Shown: piece after piece, positions 17,308 to 27,468 of the stretch | How the letters are laid out: every line of letters begins with the position of its first letter | Numbering within the stretch: position 1 is the stretch's first letter | Source: Candidatus Thorarchaeota archaeon | GTDB lineage: Archaea; Asgardarchaeota; Thorarchaeia; Thorarchaeales; Thorarchaeaceae | NCBI GenBank assembly: GCA_016839445.1 | Contig: JAEOUG010000037.1 | Span: 1 to 47,917, forward strand | Length of the DNA stretch: 47,917 bases | Direction: 5' to 3' | Program-made: the position numbers and the translations under genes | Notes under the pieces: generated by a model | The model's database searches: none | The model's input: only the letters and a program-made list of their open reading frames with translations | Told to the model about the DNA's origin: nothing

Positions 17308-17991
17308 TTATCCCTGCCCTTTGCTCTCCAGGAGTATCCGCTCCGCAGTCACCAACATATAGATTCCAATGATGTAGATGCCACCCATGTCTACAAGGAT
17401 GATGAAGAGGTATGCTTTGTCTAGGAACATGAGCATCGGGATCAGGCTGAGGAATATCGCAATCGCGAAATACGCATGCTCTTTGCTGTAGAACTCCACC
17501 CCGGCTCCTCTCTTACCAAGGACATAGTTGGCGGCGAAGCCACACCCCATGATGAACTGGAGCGACGGAGCAAAGAGCAGCTGCATGTCCGCGTCGCCCT
17601 GAAAGGTGACGAGTGCAGATATGATAATTGCCGTAGCAAGGATCCCCCAGAGCACGATGACGCCCTTGCCACCCTCTTCTGCTCGTGGATCCTCAGGGTA
17701 TGACCTTGTAAGTGGGACGACAAGCCTGAAGGCGACCACCCACGAAAACACCAGACTGAGTAAGACGAAGCCGATGTTGACGAGGAGTATGTTACCCTGT
17801 CCCAAGATGTCCTGCAGGTTCATGAGGATCAGAGTGGCGAATGAAATGCCGCCTGCGATTATGAGATAAACAAGACCAGCCACTCTGCGCGCGACCACCT
17901 GTGGATACTTGTCAACTAGGTCTGTCAGCACCAGAAGCTGCTTCGCTTTCTCAATCATGTCGTTCTCGGCGTCAGAGTTCTCGGGGTTCAA
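17308..17991 (-). CDS. Membrane protein (about 6 TM)
   Basis: Hydrophobic segments; SD GAGGTGA upstream of TTG; directly upstream of the wHTH gene. Confidence 0.7.
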   Translation of the reverse strand: MNPENSDAENDMIEKAKQLLVLTDLVDKYPQVVARRVAGLVYLIIAGGISFATLILMNLQDILGQGNILLVNIGFVLLSLVFSWVVAFRLVVPLTRSYPEDPRAEEGGKGVIVLWGILATAIIISALVTFQGDADMQLLFAPSLQFIMGCGFAANYVLGKRGAGVEFYSKEHAYFAIAIFLSLIPMLMFLDKAYLFIILVDMGGIYIIGIYMLVTAERILLESKGQG

Positions 17992-18082
17992 GATATCACC
18001 TCAGTCTGAAAGAATATGAGCAACATTCCCAAGCCTCCATAATAATCCTGCTAGGAAAAAGAAGGAGTCCCATGTGGGACTC

Positions 18083-19243
18083 CTAGCGAGAGCCGTACCT
18101 CTCGAACAGAGCAACTCCCACCAGCACCAGCAGGAATCCTACGACCGTGACGATGGCAAGATCCACCCAGATGGCTGGTGTTGTGATTGGCGCACCCCTG
18201 AGGAACAGAGTAGTCAACGCATCGGTAACGTACTTGCTCGGGATGAACTTCGCTATCGCCTCGGTGGCTCCACCAAGGGGCATGAATGTTCCGAGGAACA
18301 TCTGCGGCATAATGAATGCGAAACTGATCCCAGTGGCCGCATCCGCCGACTTCGAGAGTGTAGCGGCAATCAGGCCAAAACCGATCGCAACCAGTGAGAA
18401 GGCCAGAGTGATGGCGAACGTGAAGATGACTCCCGCAAGACCGATCCCGGGCCGATAACCTATCGCGAATGATGAAGCCAAGACCAACACGACCTGAACC
18501 ACTGCGATGATCATGTATGAGAGTGTCTGGCTCACTAGGTAGTCCGCCGAGGACATCGGTGTGGTCCTCAATCGCTTCAGCAGACCTTGGTCTCTCTCGT
18601 AGGTCATTGATTGGGCCACAATCATTGTCAAGAATATGGCCGCGAAGGCGAAAATCCCTGGCGCCATGAAGTCCCACTGTGTGAGTGTGCTGGACTCGAC
18701 CAAAGCAGGACTGCCAATCTCGACTGGTAGGCCAATCTCCATTGCATCACTCCCGAAGATTGCCCTCATCAAGACCTCTTGCACCAAGGGCGGTATGGCA
18801 GAGACGGCGATGATTGAACCACTATCCACATAGAGCCCAATGGTTGTGTTCTCCCAAGCGCTTGGATCGAAGGGTGACCCGTAGTATGATGCGATGCTGC
18901 TTCCGAAACCTTCAGGGACGACGATGAACGCGTCGAGATTGCCCTGGAGGAGCGCTGACTGCCCTGTTCCGTTATCGGCGTAGTTTTGGATAACGAAGAC
19001 CTCAGAGTCAGTGAGATTCCCAATGAATGCGTTGCTCCAAGCAGCCTCTGGACTTGCGGTATCAAGATTGAGAAGGCCCACATCGAACGAAGTTGCACCG
19101 CCTCCCCCGATTCCCCCGAAAGCCAGTCCAAACACGATTGTTATCATGATTGGAAACAGGATGAGAAGAAAGAGCACTGCTGGTTCCCTTGTGGTCTTCT
19201 TCAAGTCCTTCTTTGTCAGTGCAATTAGGCGTCTCAGATTCAT
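18083..19243 (-). CDS. ABC-2 type exporter permease
   Basis: N-terminal TM, extracytoplasmic domain, ERDQGLLKRLRTTPMS, FLGTFMP. Confidence 0.9.
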   Translation of the reverse strand: MNLRRLIALTKKDLKKTTREPAVLFLLILFPIMITIVFGLAFGGIGGGGATSFDVGLLNLDTASPEAAWSNAFIGNLTDSEVFVIQNYADNGTGQSALLQGNLDAFIVVPEGFGSSIASYYGSPFDPSAWENTTIGLYVDSGSIIAVSAIPPLVQEVLMRAIFGSDAMEIGLPVEIGSPALVESSTLTQWDFMAPGIFAFAAIFLTMIVAQSMTYERDQGLLKRLRTTPMSSADYLVSQTLSYMIIAVVQVVLVLASSFAIGYRPGIGLAGVIFTFAITLAFSLVAIGFGLIAATLSKSADAATGISFAFIMPQMFLGTFMPLGGATEAIAKFIPSKYVTDALTTLFLRGAPITTPAIWVDLAIVTVVGFLLVLVGVALFERYGSR

Positions 19244-19245
19244 CT

Positions 19246-19992
19246 CTATACCCCCTCCCTGAGCTTCTTACCAGTGAGCTTCAGGAAGACTTCTTCCAGG
19301 TTCTTTGCTCCGTGTTTCTCCATGAGTTCCTTGGGGGAACCCAGTTCGATCAGCCTGCCTTCGTCTATGATGGCTACTCTGTCGCAGAGTTCCTGTGCCT
19401 CCTCCATATAGTGCGTAGTGAGGATGACAGTCTTGCCGCTTGCCTTCAATTCACGAATGAAGTCCCAGACAGCACGACGAGACATTGGGTCCATTGCCAC
19501 CGTTGGCTCGTCAAGCAGGGCAACCTTTGGGTCACTAATGAGCGCCATGAGCATGCTGGCACGGCGTATCATTCCGCCGCTGTAGGTCTTTGCGCGCCTG
19601 TCTATGTAGTCTTCCATGTCCATCTTCCGAACCATGGTTTCAATCCTATCCAGAAGCACATCCTTTGGCACCAAGTGCAGATCTCCCATGAGCATGATGT
19701 TCTCACGCCCAGAGAGGTGCGGGTAGAATGCTGGCTCCTGTGGACAGACGCCGATTACTTCTCTCACGCCTTCTGCATCGTAGACCACATCGTGGCCATC
19801 GACCGTGGCCGACCCCTCTGTGGGATCCAGAAGTGTGTTGAGAATGTTGACTGTTGTACTCTTGCCTGCACCATTTGGTCCGAGAATACCGAAGAGCTCG
19901 CCCCACTCGATTTCTAGACTGAGGCTGTCAACTGCGACTATGTCTTCGAACCTCTTGGACAGGTTTGATATTGTTATAGCAGATACAGACAT
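19246..19992 (-). CDS. ABC transporter ATP-binding protein (DrrA-like)
   Basis: GPNGAGKS Walker A, YSGGM signature, LLDEPT Walker B, TTHYMEEA. Confidence 0.95.
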   Translation of the reverse strand: MSVSAITISNLSKRFEDIVAVDSLSLEIEWGELFGILGPNGAGKSTTVNILNTLLDPTEGSATVDGHDVVYDAEGVREVIGVCPQEPAFYPHLSGRENIMLMGDLHLVPKDVLLDRIETMVRKMDMEDYIDRRAKTYSGGMIRRASMLMALISDPKVALLDEPTVAMDPMSRRAVWDFIRELKASGKTVILTTHYMEEAQELCDRVAIIDEGRLIELGSPKELMEKHGAKNLEEVFLKLTGKKLREGV

Positions 19993-20146
19993 TGTAGATC
20001 ACGTAGAATACCTAGGATTGTAAGCATAAGAAGCATCGACTCTTTTTGGCCTACATAGGAGTCTGCGCCGCAAACTTGTTTTCCGGCCGTCAATGAACGT
20101 TTAAAGGGGAGAAATCAGATGATAGGCAACCGATTGTTGGGATGAA

Positions 20147-21166
20147 GTGGGATTGAAGGTCCTCATCACAGCTCCTTTCACAGATGAAGGTCTCGAGCGC
20201 CTGCGGAGTGCTGGCCTCGAGGTGACCTACGAGAGCTGGCTCGATACAGGGCAGCTTCGGCTGGGTTCATCTTTGCTACCAGTCATCGAACAGGGTGGCT
20301 ATGACATCGTCATTGTCGAGGGTGATGAGATACGGGAGGAGATCATTGAGAATACAGAACTGAAGATCATCGCGTCGGTTCGAGGCAGTCCAAACAACAT
20401 TGCTGTGGAAGCAGCCACAGCAAAGGGAATCCCTGTGCTATCGGCACCTGGAAGAAACACTGTGGCTGTGGCTGAGATGGCCATCGCTCTGATACTATCT
20501 CAAGCACGAAACATCATCAAGGCCGAGAGATTACTGAGAAGCGAATTCATGATTGACGACTTCAAGGACTTCTCAGCGATGTACACCTCTCTCGTCGGGT
20601 TTGAGCTGAATGGGCGAACCGCGGGTATAATCGGCTTGGGGCGGATTGGGACCGAAGTGGCCAAGCGTCTTGGTTCCTTCGGAATGCATCTCCTTGTCTA
20701 CGACCCATACGCACCGCCTGAGAAGATCGAGGACTTGGGCGGGAGATCGGTCGACCTCAATACTCTGCTCAAGGAGTCGGATGTAGTGACTATCCACTGC
20801 GCGCCAAGTGAGGAAACCTCAAGGATGCTTGGAGCTGAGGAGTTCAAGATGATGAAGACAAGCTCAGTCCTCATCAATACAGCTCGGGCGTCAATCACTG
20901 ATGAACAAGCACTACTGGAAGCCCTCGAGTCTGGACAGATCGCGGGAGCTGGCCTTGACGTCTTCTCAATGGAACCAGTGGACTGTGACAACATCTTTCT
21001 GCACCTGGACAATGTGACAGTAATGCCCCACATGGGAGGTAACACTGGGGACACGATCCGCCGCCAGTCCGGGTCGCTGGTGGACGACATTCTAAGATTA
21101 CTTGGAGGGGAACGTCCGAACAACATTCTGAATCCTGAAGTCCTCGAGGCGGAGGAATCGAGATGA
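20147..21166 (+). CDS. D-isomer-specific 2-hydroxyacid dehydrogenase (SerA-like catalytic core)
   Basis: GIIGLGRIG, YDPY, INTAR, GLDVF..EP, PHMGG. Confidence 0.9.
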   Translation: MGLKVLITAPFTDEGLERLRSAGLEVTYESWLDTGQLRLGSSLLPVIEQGGYDIVIVEGDEIREEIIENTELKIIASVRGSPNNIAVEAATAKGIPVLSAPGRNTVAVAEMAIALILSQARNIIKAERLLRSEFMIDDFKDFSAMYTSLVGFELNGRTAGIIGLGRIGTEVAKRLGSFGMHLLVYDPYAPPEKIEDLGGRSVDLNTLLKESDVVTIHCAPSEETSRMLGAEEFKMMKTSSVLINTARASITDEQALLEALESGQIAGAGLDVFSMEPVDCDNIFLHLDNVTVMPHMGGNTGDTIRRQSGSLVDDILRLLGGERPNNILNPEVLEAEESR

Positions 21167-22671
21167 TTGTTGCAGGCATTGACGCAGGGACTACTGGCGT
21201 CAGGTGTATGCTCGTAGACTCAAACGGAGATGTGAGGGGGCTCGGTCGAAGGTCTTGGGGCTACACAACCCCACCAGACCTAGAGATTGCCAAGGAGTTT
21301 GACACAACTGCGTTCTGGCGGCTCACATGTGAGGCAATAAGGGAGGCAATCGACAGCTCGAAGGTGTCTGCTTCTGATATCAAGGCCGTAGCCACCACCA
21401 GTCAGCGCCATGGTGCGGTCTTCCTTGACAAGGAAAGAAAGACACTGTATGCCGGACCGAATATTGACGCCAGAGGTGCGATGACGCAGTATGTGATTGA
21501 AGACGAGATGGGTCCTGCATATCAGGAGATCACAGGATGCTGGCCTCCTCTCATGTTTGCACCCGCCCGGCTCGCTTGGTTTGAGGAGGAAGAGCCAGAG
21601 AAGTTCTCGCGGGTTCAGCATATTCTGACGCTGAGTGATTGGCTGACACACGAGCTATCAGCTGAGTTCGTGACGGATCTCTCCGCAGCAAGTGGCACGG
21701 GCCTCTTGGACATTCGCAAGAAGACATGGAGCGGTGAGGTCGCGGACCTTGTGGGAGTAGACACTGCCATTCTACCTGACATCATTGATGCGGGCTCAGT
21801 GGTCGGCCATGTGACCGATGCAGCTTCTCGCTCGACTGGTTTCTCCGCCGGGCTTGCAGTTGTGCAGGGAGGGTCGGATACCAGCTGCGCGCTCCTAGCG
21901 GCTCAGGCCTCGCAGGGCGAGATAACGGTCATTGCAGGGAGCACAACGCCTGTGATGCTGCTGGTCGATGCACCCATCTGCTCCGCTGAACAGGCTGTCT
22001 GGACGGGTTGTCACATGGGCGGCGACACCTGGGTTCTAGAGAGCAATGCTACACTAACAGGAGCCTACCTCGAGTGGGCTGTTCGCATTCTCTGCGAACG
22101 TTCAGAGGATCCTGAGGCTTGTGCTAGGAGAACGTACCATGACTTGAGCAAGATTGTGGAACATGTGCCGCCCGGAAGCAACGACACATACATTGCGCTT
22201 GGCCCAAGTATCATGGACTGCTGGCAGATAACGAATATCCCCCAGGCTCGGATGTACTTCCCGCAGCCCGCCCTGCCCCAAGTGATTCCACTGTCAGCAG
22301 GGAGTTTCATCAGAGGTGTTATCGAGAACATCGCATTCGCTGTGAGAGGCAACATAGAGCAGTTGGCACAGTATGGTGTGCCGACGAGAATCAAGACAAT
22401 TGGCGGAATGACACAGTCGGGAATTTGGGCATCAATCCTATCGAACGTTATGGCACAGTCTGTTTCATCTCCTCTTCAGCCCGAAGGGAGCCTCCTCGGT
22501 GCGGCGATATGTGCGTCGGTAGGCGCAGAATCGCATGCCTCTCTAGAAGAAGGGATGCGTGAGATGGTGGCCTGGAAAGACGACAGCAATCCTGATGAGT
22601 GTGCATCGCACTACAGGACTCACTACGAGAAGTGGAGAAAGATATGGTTTCGAGGTGACGCAGATGCTTGA
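21163..22671 (+). CDS. FGGY-family carbohydrate kinase (LsrK-like)
   Basis: GIDAGTTGVR, TTSQRHG, NIDAR, ASGTGLLDI, AGST, GG.TQS..W. Confidence 0.88.
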   Translation: MIVAGIDAGTTGVRCMLVDSNGDVRGLGRRSWGYTTPPDLEIAKEFDTTAFWRLTCEAIREAIDSSKVSASDIKAVATTSQRHGAVFLDKERKTLYAGPNIDARGAMTQYVIEDEMGPAYQEITGCWPPLMFAPARLAWFEEEEPEKFSRVQHILTLSDWLTHELSAEFVTDLSAASGTGLLDIRKKTWSGEVADLVGVDTAILPDIIDAGSVVGHVTDAASRSTGFSAGLAVVQGGSDTSCALLAAQASQGEITVIAGSTTPVMLLVDAPICSAEQAVWTGCHMGGDTWVLESNATLTGAYLEWAVRILCERSEDPEACARRTYHDLSKIVEHVPPGSNDTYIALGPSIMDCWQITNIPQARMYFPQPALPQVIPLSAGSFIRGVIENIAFAVRGNIEQLAQYGVPTRIKTIGGMTQSGIWASILSNVMAQSVSSPLQPEGSLLGAAICASVGAESHASLEEGMREMVAWKDDSNPDECASHYRTHYEKWRKIWFRGDADA

Positions 22672-23299
22672 AGAGAAGAAGAAGGATCTTCTTGATACAT
22701 GCAGGAAGATGGAGGAACTCGATTTGGTCGTAGGGTCTTCCGGCAACGTGAGTGTCAGAGATGGAGATCACGTGGTCATCTCTCCAAGCTCTGTGCACTA
22801 CACTGAGATGTCACTAGATGATGTTATGATCATAGACATGGAAGGAAAGGTCGTAGAAGGGCATAGAAACCCAAGCATTGAGGTTCAGATGCATCTTGAA
22901 ATCTACAGGAACCGCGAGGATGTTGGTGCCATCGTACATACACACAGCGTATATGCGTCTGCTTTGGCTGTTCTGGGAGAACCACTTCCGCCAATCATAG
23001 ATGAAGTCGTTCCGAAGACTGGCGGTGAGGTCCGGGTTGCAGAGTATGCAATGCCCGGCACTTCGGAATTGGGTGTCAATGTCTCTAAGGCACTAGACGG
23101 AAGGAGTGCAGTGCTCCTAGCTAATCACGGAGCTGTTTGTGTCGGCAAGACATTGAAGAACGCTCTGCGCCTGTCGGTCCTGCTAGAGCGAGCCTGCAAG
23201 ATCTATCACTTGGCCAAGCAGGTTGGCACTCCGAACCTGCTCCCGGAGGATGTGGTCGAAGACGAAATGGACTTGTGGGATCTGATGAAAGACCACTAG
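22664..23299 (+). CDS. Class II aldolase (L-fuculose-phosphate aldolase-like)
   Basis: SSGNVSVR, PSIE..MH, HTHS, LLANHG. ATG 22664 follows GAGGTGA. Confidence 0.9.
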   Translation: MLEEKKKDLLDTCRKMEELDLVVGSSGNVSVRDGDHVVISPSSVHYTEMSLDDVMIIDMEGKVVEGHRNPSIEVQMHLEIYRNREDVGAIVHTHSVYASALAVLGEPLPPIIDEVVPKTGGEVRVAEYAMPGTSELGVNVSKALDGRSAVLLANHGAVCVGKTLKNALRLSVLLERACKIYHLAKQVGTPNLLPEDVVEDEMDLWDLMKDH

Positions 23300-23308
23300 G
23301 TGTAGGCG

Positions 23309-25084
23309 ATGTACGGCTACAAGGGCAGGATTCTGGTATGTGACCTAGACCTTGACAAGACCCTCGATCTGCCAATAGATACTAAGACCGCCAGCCTCTT
23401 CCTGGGAGGGAGCGGATACTCGGCCTCACTTCTCGGCTCACTGATTGACTCCAAGACGGAGCCTCTCGGGCCAGAGAATGTCCTGCTCATCATGACTGGT
23501 CCTCTCACAGGCACTCTGGCACCATGCACTGGCCGTCATGTGATCTGCAGCCGGTCTCCATTGACTGGTATCTGGGGTGAGTCCCACTCTGGTGGCCACT
23601 TCGGTGCCAACCTCAAGTTCGCGGGATATGATGGAGTGCTCGTCAGGGGACGAGCGAGTTCTCCAGTCCTCCTCACAATAGTCGACGGAAAAGCGAGCAT
23701 TCTCCCTGCTACTGATCTCTGGGGCAGGACCACTAGTGAAACGCAGGTCATGATAAATGAAGAGCACGGAAGGATGCACACGGCTTGTATTGGTCCTGCA
23801 GGAGAGAACCTTGTAAGATACTCCAGCATTGTCAACGGTGAACGAGTCGCTGCACGCTGTGGTCTCGGTGCGGTAATGGGATCTAAGAATCTCAAGGCGG
23901 TCGCTGTGCGAGGAATTGACAGAGTGGAGATCTCTATGCCCGATAGGTTCCAAGAGTTGGCCAGAAGGTCGTCGAGGACTCTTGGCGAGGCTATGTCCAT
24001 GCTGAATGCCCAGGGGACGGCAATGTATGTCGACATCGGCATGATGTTCAATGACATGCCAATCAAGTACTTCCAAGAGATCGAGTTCGATGAAGCAGAC
24101 CTCATAAACGCGAAGGCGATGGACGAGATACTCGTTGGGCGGACGGCATGTTACTCATGTCCCATTGGCTGTGGAAGGAAAGTGTCTGTGCCCGAACACA
24201 GTCTCGTCGGAGTCGCTGGTCCTGAATACCAAACCTTGGCCTCGTTTGGCTCAAACCTACTTGTATCGGATCTTCGTAAGCTGGCTGTTATGAACCGGCT
24301 CTGCAATGAGTACGGTCTCGATACTATCAGCTGTGGCAGTACTATCGCGCTTTCAACTCATCTCGCGGAAACTGGCCTTGCCGACTTCGATCTCTCCTGG
24401 GGTGACCCCGACGCTGTGATTGAGATGATACATATGATAGCAGGGCGTAGGGGTATAGGTAACCTTCTTGCTGAGGGATCTCTCATCGTGGCAAGGACGC
24501 ACAATTGTGAAGAAAAGGTCCTGCATGTCAGAGGGTTGGAGATTCCTAACCATGATCCCCGGGCCTTTTCTGGAATGGCTACTGTCTATACAGTAGCTGC
24601 AAGGGGTGCCACCCATCTAGAGGGTGATATGTACAGCGTTGACATGGGAGCTGATGTCCGGCAACTTGGCATCGTAGGAGGTGATCGCCTCGAGAATGAA
24701 TCAAAGGGCGAAGTGGCTGCAAGAGCTCAGGACTTCAGAGCGTTCTGTGATTCGGTGATTCTCTGTCACTTCGCGATAGTTCCTCCTGAGAACATCATCT
24801 CGCTTCTGAACTTGGCACTGGGGACATCCTACCGAATTGAAGACATCCTAGTGATTGGAGCTAGGGCAGTCACGATGAAGCGTCTTCTGAACCTGCGTCT
24901 CGGGTTGAGGACTTCCGACGAGCGTCTTCCACCGTCTCTCCTACAGCCTCAGCCGGAGAGCGTCACAGACGATTTCGTTCCGGACGTTGACATGCAGCTG
25001 AATGAATACTATGCGTTTCGAGATTGGGATAGAGATTCAGGGAAACCTTCGGAGGCAGCCCTCAGAAGACTTGGGCTGGACTGA
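23309..25084 (+). CDS. aor: Tungsten aldehyde:ferredoxin oxidoreductase family protein
   Basis: SPLTG.WGESHSGG, ACIGPAGENLV, GLGAVMGSKNLKA, CYSCPIGC, PEYQT, DTIS, HDPR. Confidence 0.92.
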   Translation: MYGYKGRILVCDLDLDKTLDLPIDTKTASLFLGGSGYSASLLGSLIDSKTEPLGPENVLLIMTGPLTGTLAPCTGRHVICSRSPLTGIWGESHSGGHFGANLKFAGYDGVLVRGRASSPVLLTIVDGKASILPATDLWGRTTSETQVMINEEHGRMHTACIGPAGENLVRYSSIVNGERVAARCGLGAVMGSKNLKAVAVRGIDRVEISMPDRFQELARRSSRTLGEAMSMLNAQGTAMYVDIGMMFNDMPIKYFQEIEFDEADLINAKAMDEILVGRTACYSCPIGCGRKVSVPEHSLVGVAGPEYQTLASFGSNLLVSDLRKLAVMNRLCNEYGLDTISCGSTIALSTHLAETGLADFDLSWGDPDAVIEMIHMIAGRRGIGNLLAEGSLIVARTHNCEEKVLHVRGLEIPNHDPRAFSGMATVYTVAARGATHLEGDMYSVDMGADVRQLGIVGGDRLENESKGEVAARAQDFRAFCDSVILCHFAIVPPENIISLLNLALGTSYRIEDILVIGARAVTMKRLLNLRLGLRTSDERLPPSLLQPQPESVTDDFVPDVDMQLNEYYAFRDWDRDSGKPSEAALRRLGLD

Positions 25085-25423
25085 CTACTTCTTGAGAAGA
25101 TGCTGGAGCTTCATGAGGTCTCTTGCAGGTCCATCGGCTCGTATCTTGCCACTCATGAATGCCCTCATCGGCGATACATCGCCCTGGAGGATGCCGATGA
25201 CTGTCTGGCTGTCCGTTGTAACAGTCATGTCTGGATTCTCGATCCCCTCCTGCCGTACGGTGGGCTTACCATTATCGAACCGCACGACGAACTCCGTGTT
25301 CAAGTCATCGAATCGCATCAGGAGAGTCCTGGTGTAGTCTTTGAATCTCGCTTGTTGTCTTGGGTCCTCTGCCTTCTTGACCATGCTTTCAATTGCGGCT
25401 GCCAGTGCCTCAATCTCCGTCAC
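25085..25423 (-). CDS. SCP2 sterol/lipid-binding domain protein
   Basis: PDMTVTTDSQTVIGILQGDVSPMRAFMSGKIRADG.ARDLMKL. Start reassigned to GTG 25423 (GGAG upstream), which removes the overlap with the AEC gene. Confidence 0.82.
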   Translation of the reverse strand: MTEIEALAAAIESMVKKAEDPRQQARFKDYTRTLLMRFDDLNTEFVVRFDNGKPTVRQEGIENPDMTVTTDSQTVIGILQGDVSPMRAFMSGKIRADGPARDLMKLQHLLKK

Positions 25424-25554
25424 TTCTAATCTCCCCATTTGAAACAGAGCGTCATTGTGGAGAATCCTCTTTAGTCTGTCGAAGTCTCCTTTGGCCTCAT
25501 CCGGTATCTTCTTTCGTGGGAGAACGGCCCATTCGGACAATGTGAGAGAGCAAG

Positions 25555-26481
25555 ATGCAGACACTCCTGAACCTAGCATATCAAATCCTAATCTTCTATT
25601 CCTTCATCTTCCTGGGATACCTCACTGCAAAGATATCACGTAGAGGCGAGTTACTCAATAATCACTTGAACGCTCTACTCATCAATCTCCTTGTCCCGAT
25701 TCTTGTAGTCCACACTCTACTCACGGCCTCCCCCGACTCTCTCACCGAAATTCCCATGATCATACTGTTAGCTCTGTTCGTGCATCTGGTCGCCCCTGCG
25801 CTGATGTATCTCAGGCTTCGTATCGGCCAGTATGACAGTGCAACGAAAGGTGTGTTCTACATCTGCGCCACTTTCAACAATGCCCTATTCATACCTCTGC
25901 CCATAGCAGTCATGTTTCTGGGAGCCAGTGCGGAAGCAGTGGTGGTTCTTTTCTCGCTCACGCAGATGATTCTCCTTGTGACCCTAGGTTCCTTCATGGG
26001 TGCTGCTTTCAGCGAAAAGAGCACCTCTTGGAGCGAAGTCATCCGCAAGGCAGTTCGCTTCCCTCCGTTCATTGCAGCCATTGTCGCCATCCTTCTCTTC
26101 GCCCTCTCATTCAAGATTCCCGAAGTCATTGCGTCGCCGCTATCTTACTCAGGCCCAATCACTTCCTACTTGGCCTTGGTTTCTGTGGGCCTGGGGATAG
26201 GAATCAGATTCACTCTGGTTGACGTTCGATCCGCTCTCAATGTCATCGGCATCCGGCAGGTCCTCGTTCCTCTCCTGGTACTTCCACTGGTCTTGCTCTC
26301 TGGACTATCACCAGATCCCGCAAGAATAGTAGTCCTAGAATCTCTTATGCCTCCGGCAGTGCTGACAGTGGTCTATGCCGCGAGCTTTGGGCTTGACGCC
26401 GAGCGAGCCGCGACCATAGTGACGGTCGGCACCTTACTCCTACTCCCGATAATCCCGTTCCTTCCTCTCCTCTTTGGATAG
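25555..26481 (+). CDS. AEC (auxin efflux carrier) family transporter
   Basis: About 10 TM; F.N..FIPLP, PPFIA, LESLMPPAV....YA..FGLD. Confidence 0.85.
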   Translation: MQTLLNLAYQILIFYSFIFLGYLTAKISRRGELLNNHLNALLINLLVPILVVHTLLTASPDSLTEIPMIILLALFVHLVAPALMYLRLRIGQYDSATKGVFYICATFNNALFIPLPIAVMFLGASAEAVVVLFSLTQMILLVTLGSFMGAAFSEKSTSWSEVIRKAVRFPPFIAAIVAILLFALSFKIPEVIASPLSYSGPITSYLALVSVGLGIGIRFTLVDVRSALNVIGIRQVLVPLLVLPLVLLSGLSPDPARIVVLESLMPPAVLTVVYAASFGLDAERAATIVTVGTLLLLPIIPFLPLLFG

Positions 26482-26527
26482 AGCCATCTCAATGCATATA
26501 TCACCTCCCGGCAGCCTCAGGTGTGTG

Positions 26528-26845
26528 ATGCCTGTGAGTCGCGAGAACAAGAAGGGCAAAGATGAGATCAAGAGGAACCTCGATGAGATTGTGACCAAGC
26601 TTGATCAAAGTACTGCGTCAAGCGACGCCTGGCAGGAGTCTGTAGCATCCAACCCCGAGGAGTGGGAACGGCTTAAGCGGCAGATTTCGGAGAAGCAGGG
26701 GGCCCTCAAGGAACTCGTGACCGAGAAGAAGGCCGGCAGAGTAGGTCCAGATGAGTTTGCCGCCAAGTACAAACAGCTCCAGGACGAGCTCACTGAGCTT
26801 GAATTCGCCGTCTACAACATGAGGCTTGGAACCGAGGTCAAGTGA
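26528..26845 (+). CDS. Small helical/coiled-coil hypothetical protein
   Basis: Charged heptad-like sequence; G.V...EF..KY segment near the C-terminus. Confidence 0.6.
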   Translation: MPVSRENKKGKDEIKRNLDEIVTKLDQSTASSDAWQESVASNPEEWERLKRQISEKQGALKELVTEKKAGRVGPDEFAAKYKQLQDELTELEFAVYNMRLGTEVK

Positions 26846-27383
26846 CAGATGGAGGTGGCGACTCAATTGGAGTCAGGCATGACGCAAGCCATACAGCAAG
26901 TCTGTACGCCAGCTTCCCCTCTAGTGTAATCGCATAGCTGCCACGGTTCTGTTCTTGGGCTACGAAGTCTGCTTCCTGCAACTGATTCAAGTGATACTTC
27001 AGGGTGCCGCCCTTCTTCTGGATGACTCTCTCTAGGTGGTTGAAGGTTGCATTTCCAGTGTCAAGCTCTGCCAGAATCCTCACTCGCTCCTCGTTCCCCA
27101 GCGCCCCCATGAATCTGGCCACAATCTGAGGATTGCGGATGTCTCTGCTTGAGATCGCCGTGAGGTCTCTCTCCACGACTCTCTCTGAGAGCACTTTGAC
27201 TCTTCGACTGAACTTGGCCATGAGATCAACGCTCTGTGCTCTGGCCGCCGTAGCACCCAGGGACGTGCTCTCTCGAAGCCGGGTCTGCTCTATCCGTATC
27301 TGTGAGAGTTCGCTATACATCTGCTGCATGAGATGCTCAATCGTCGTCGGCGTGAGGTGTCCGTTGTTCTTTTCGTCTGGCAC
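26838..27383 (-). CDS. ArsR-like winged-helix regulator with N-terminal helical region
   Basis: ALGNEERVRILAEL...TFNHL.....KGGTLKYHLNQL...GSYAIT.EG; divergent from the MFS gene. Confidence 0.8.
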   Translation of the reverse strand: MPDEKNNGHLTPTTIEHLMQQMYSELSQIRIEQTRLRESTSLGATAARAQSVDLMAKFSRRVKVLSERVVERDLTAISSRDIRNPQIVARFMGALGNEERVRILAELDTGNATFNHLERVIQKKGGTLKYHLNQLQEADFVAQEQNRGSYAITLEGKLAYRLAVWLASCLTPIESPPPSVT

Positions 27384-27468
27384 GAGTTACACCTATTCGA
27401 TTTTTGTGTAGTAATATTAGATGAAAGTGTAAAACTTAAGTGTTGCGGCCTGCCCACCACTGACGAGC

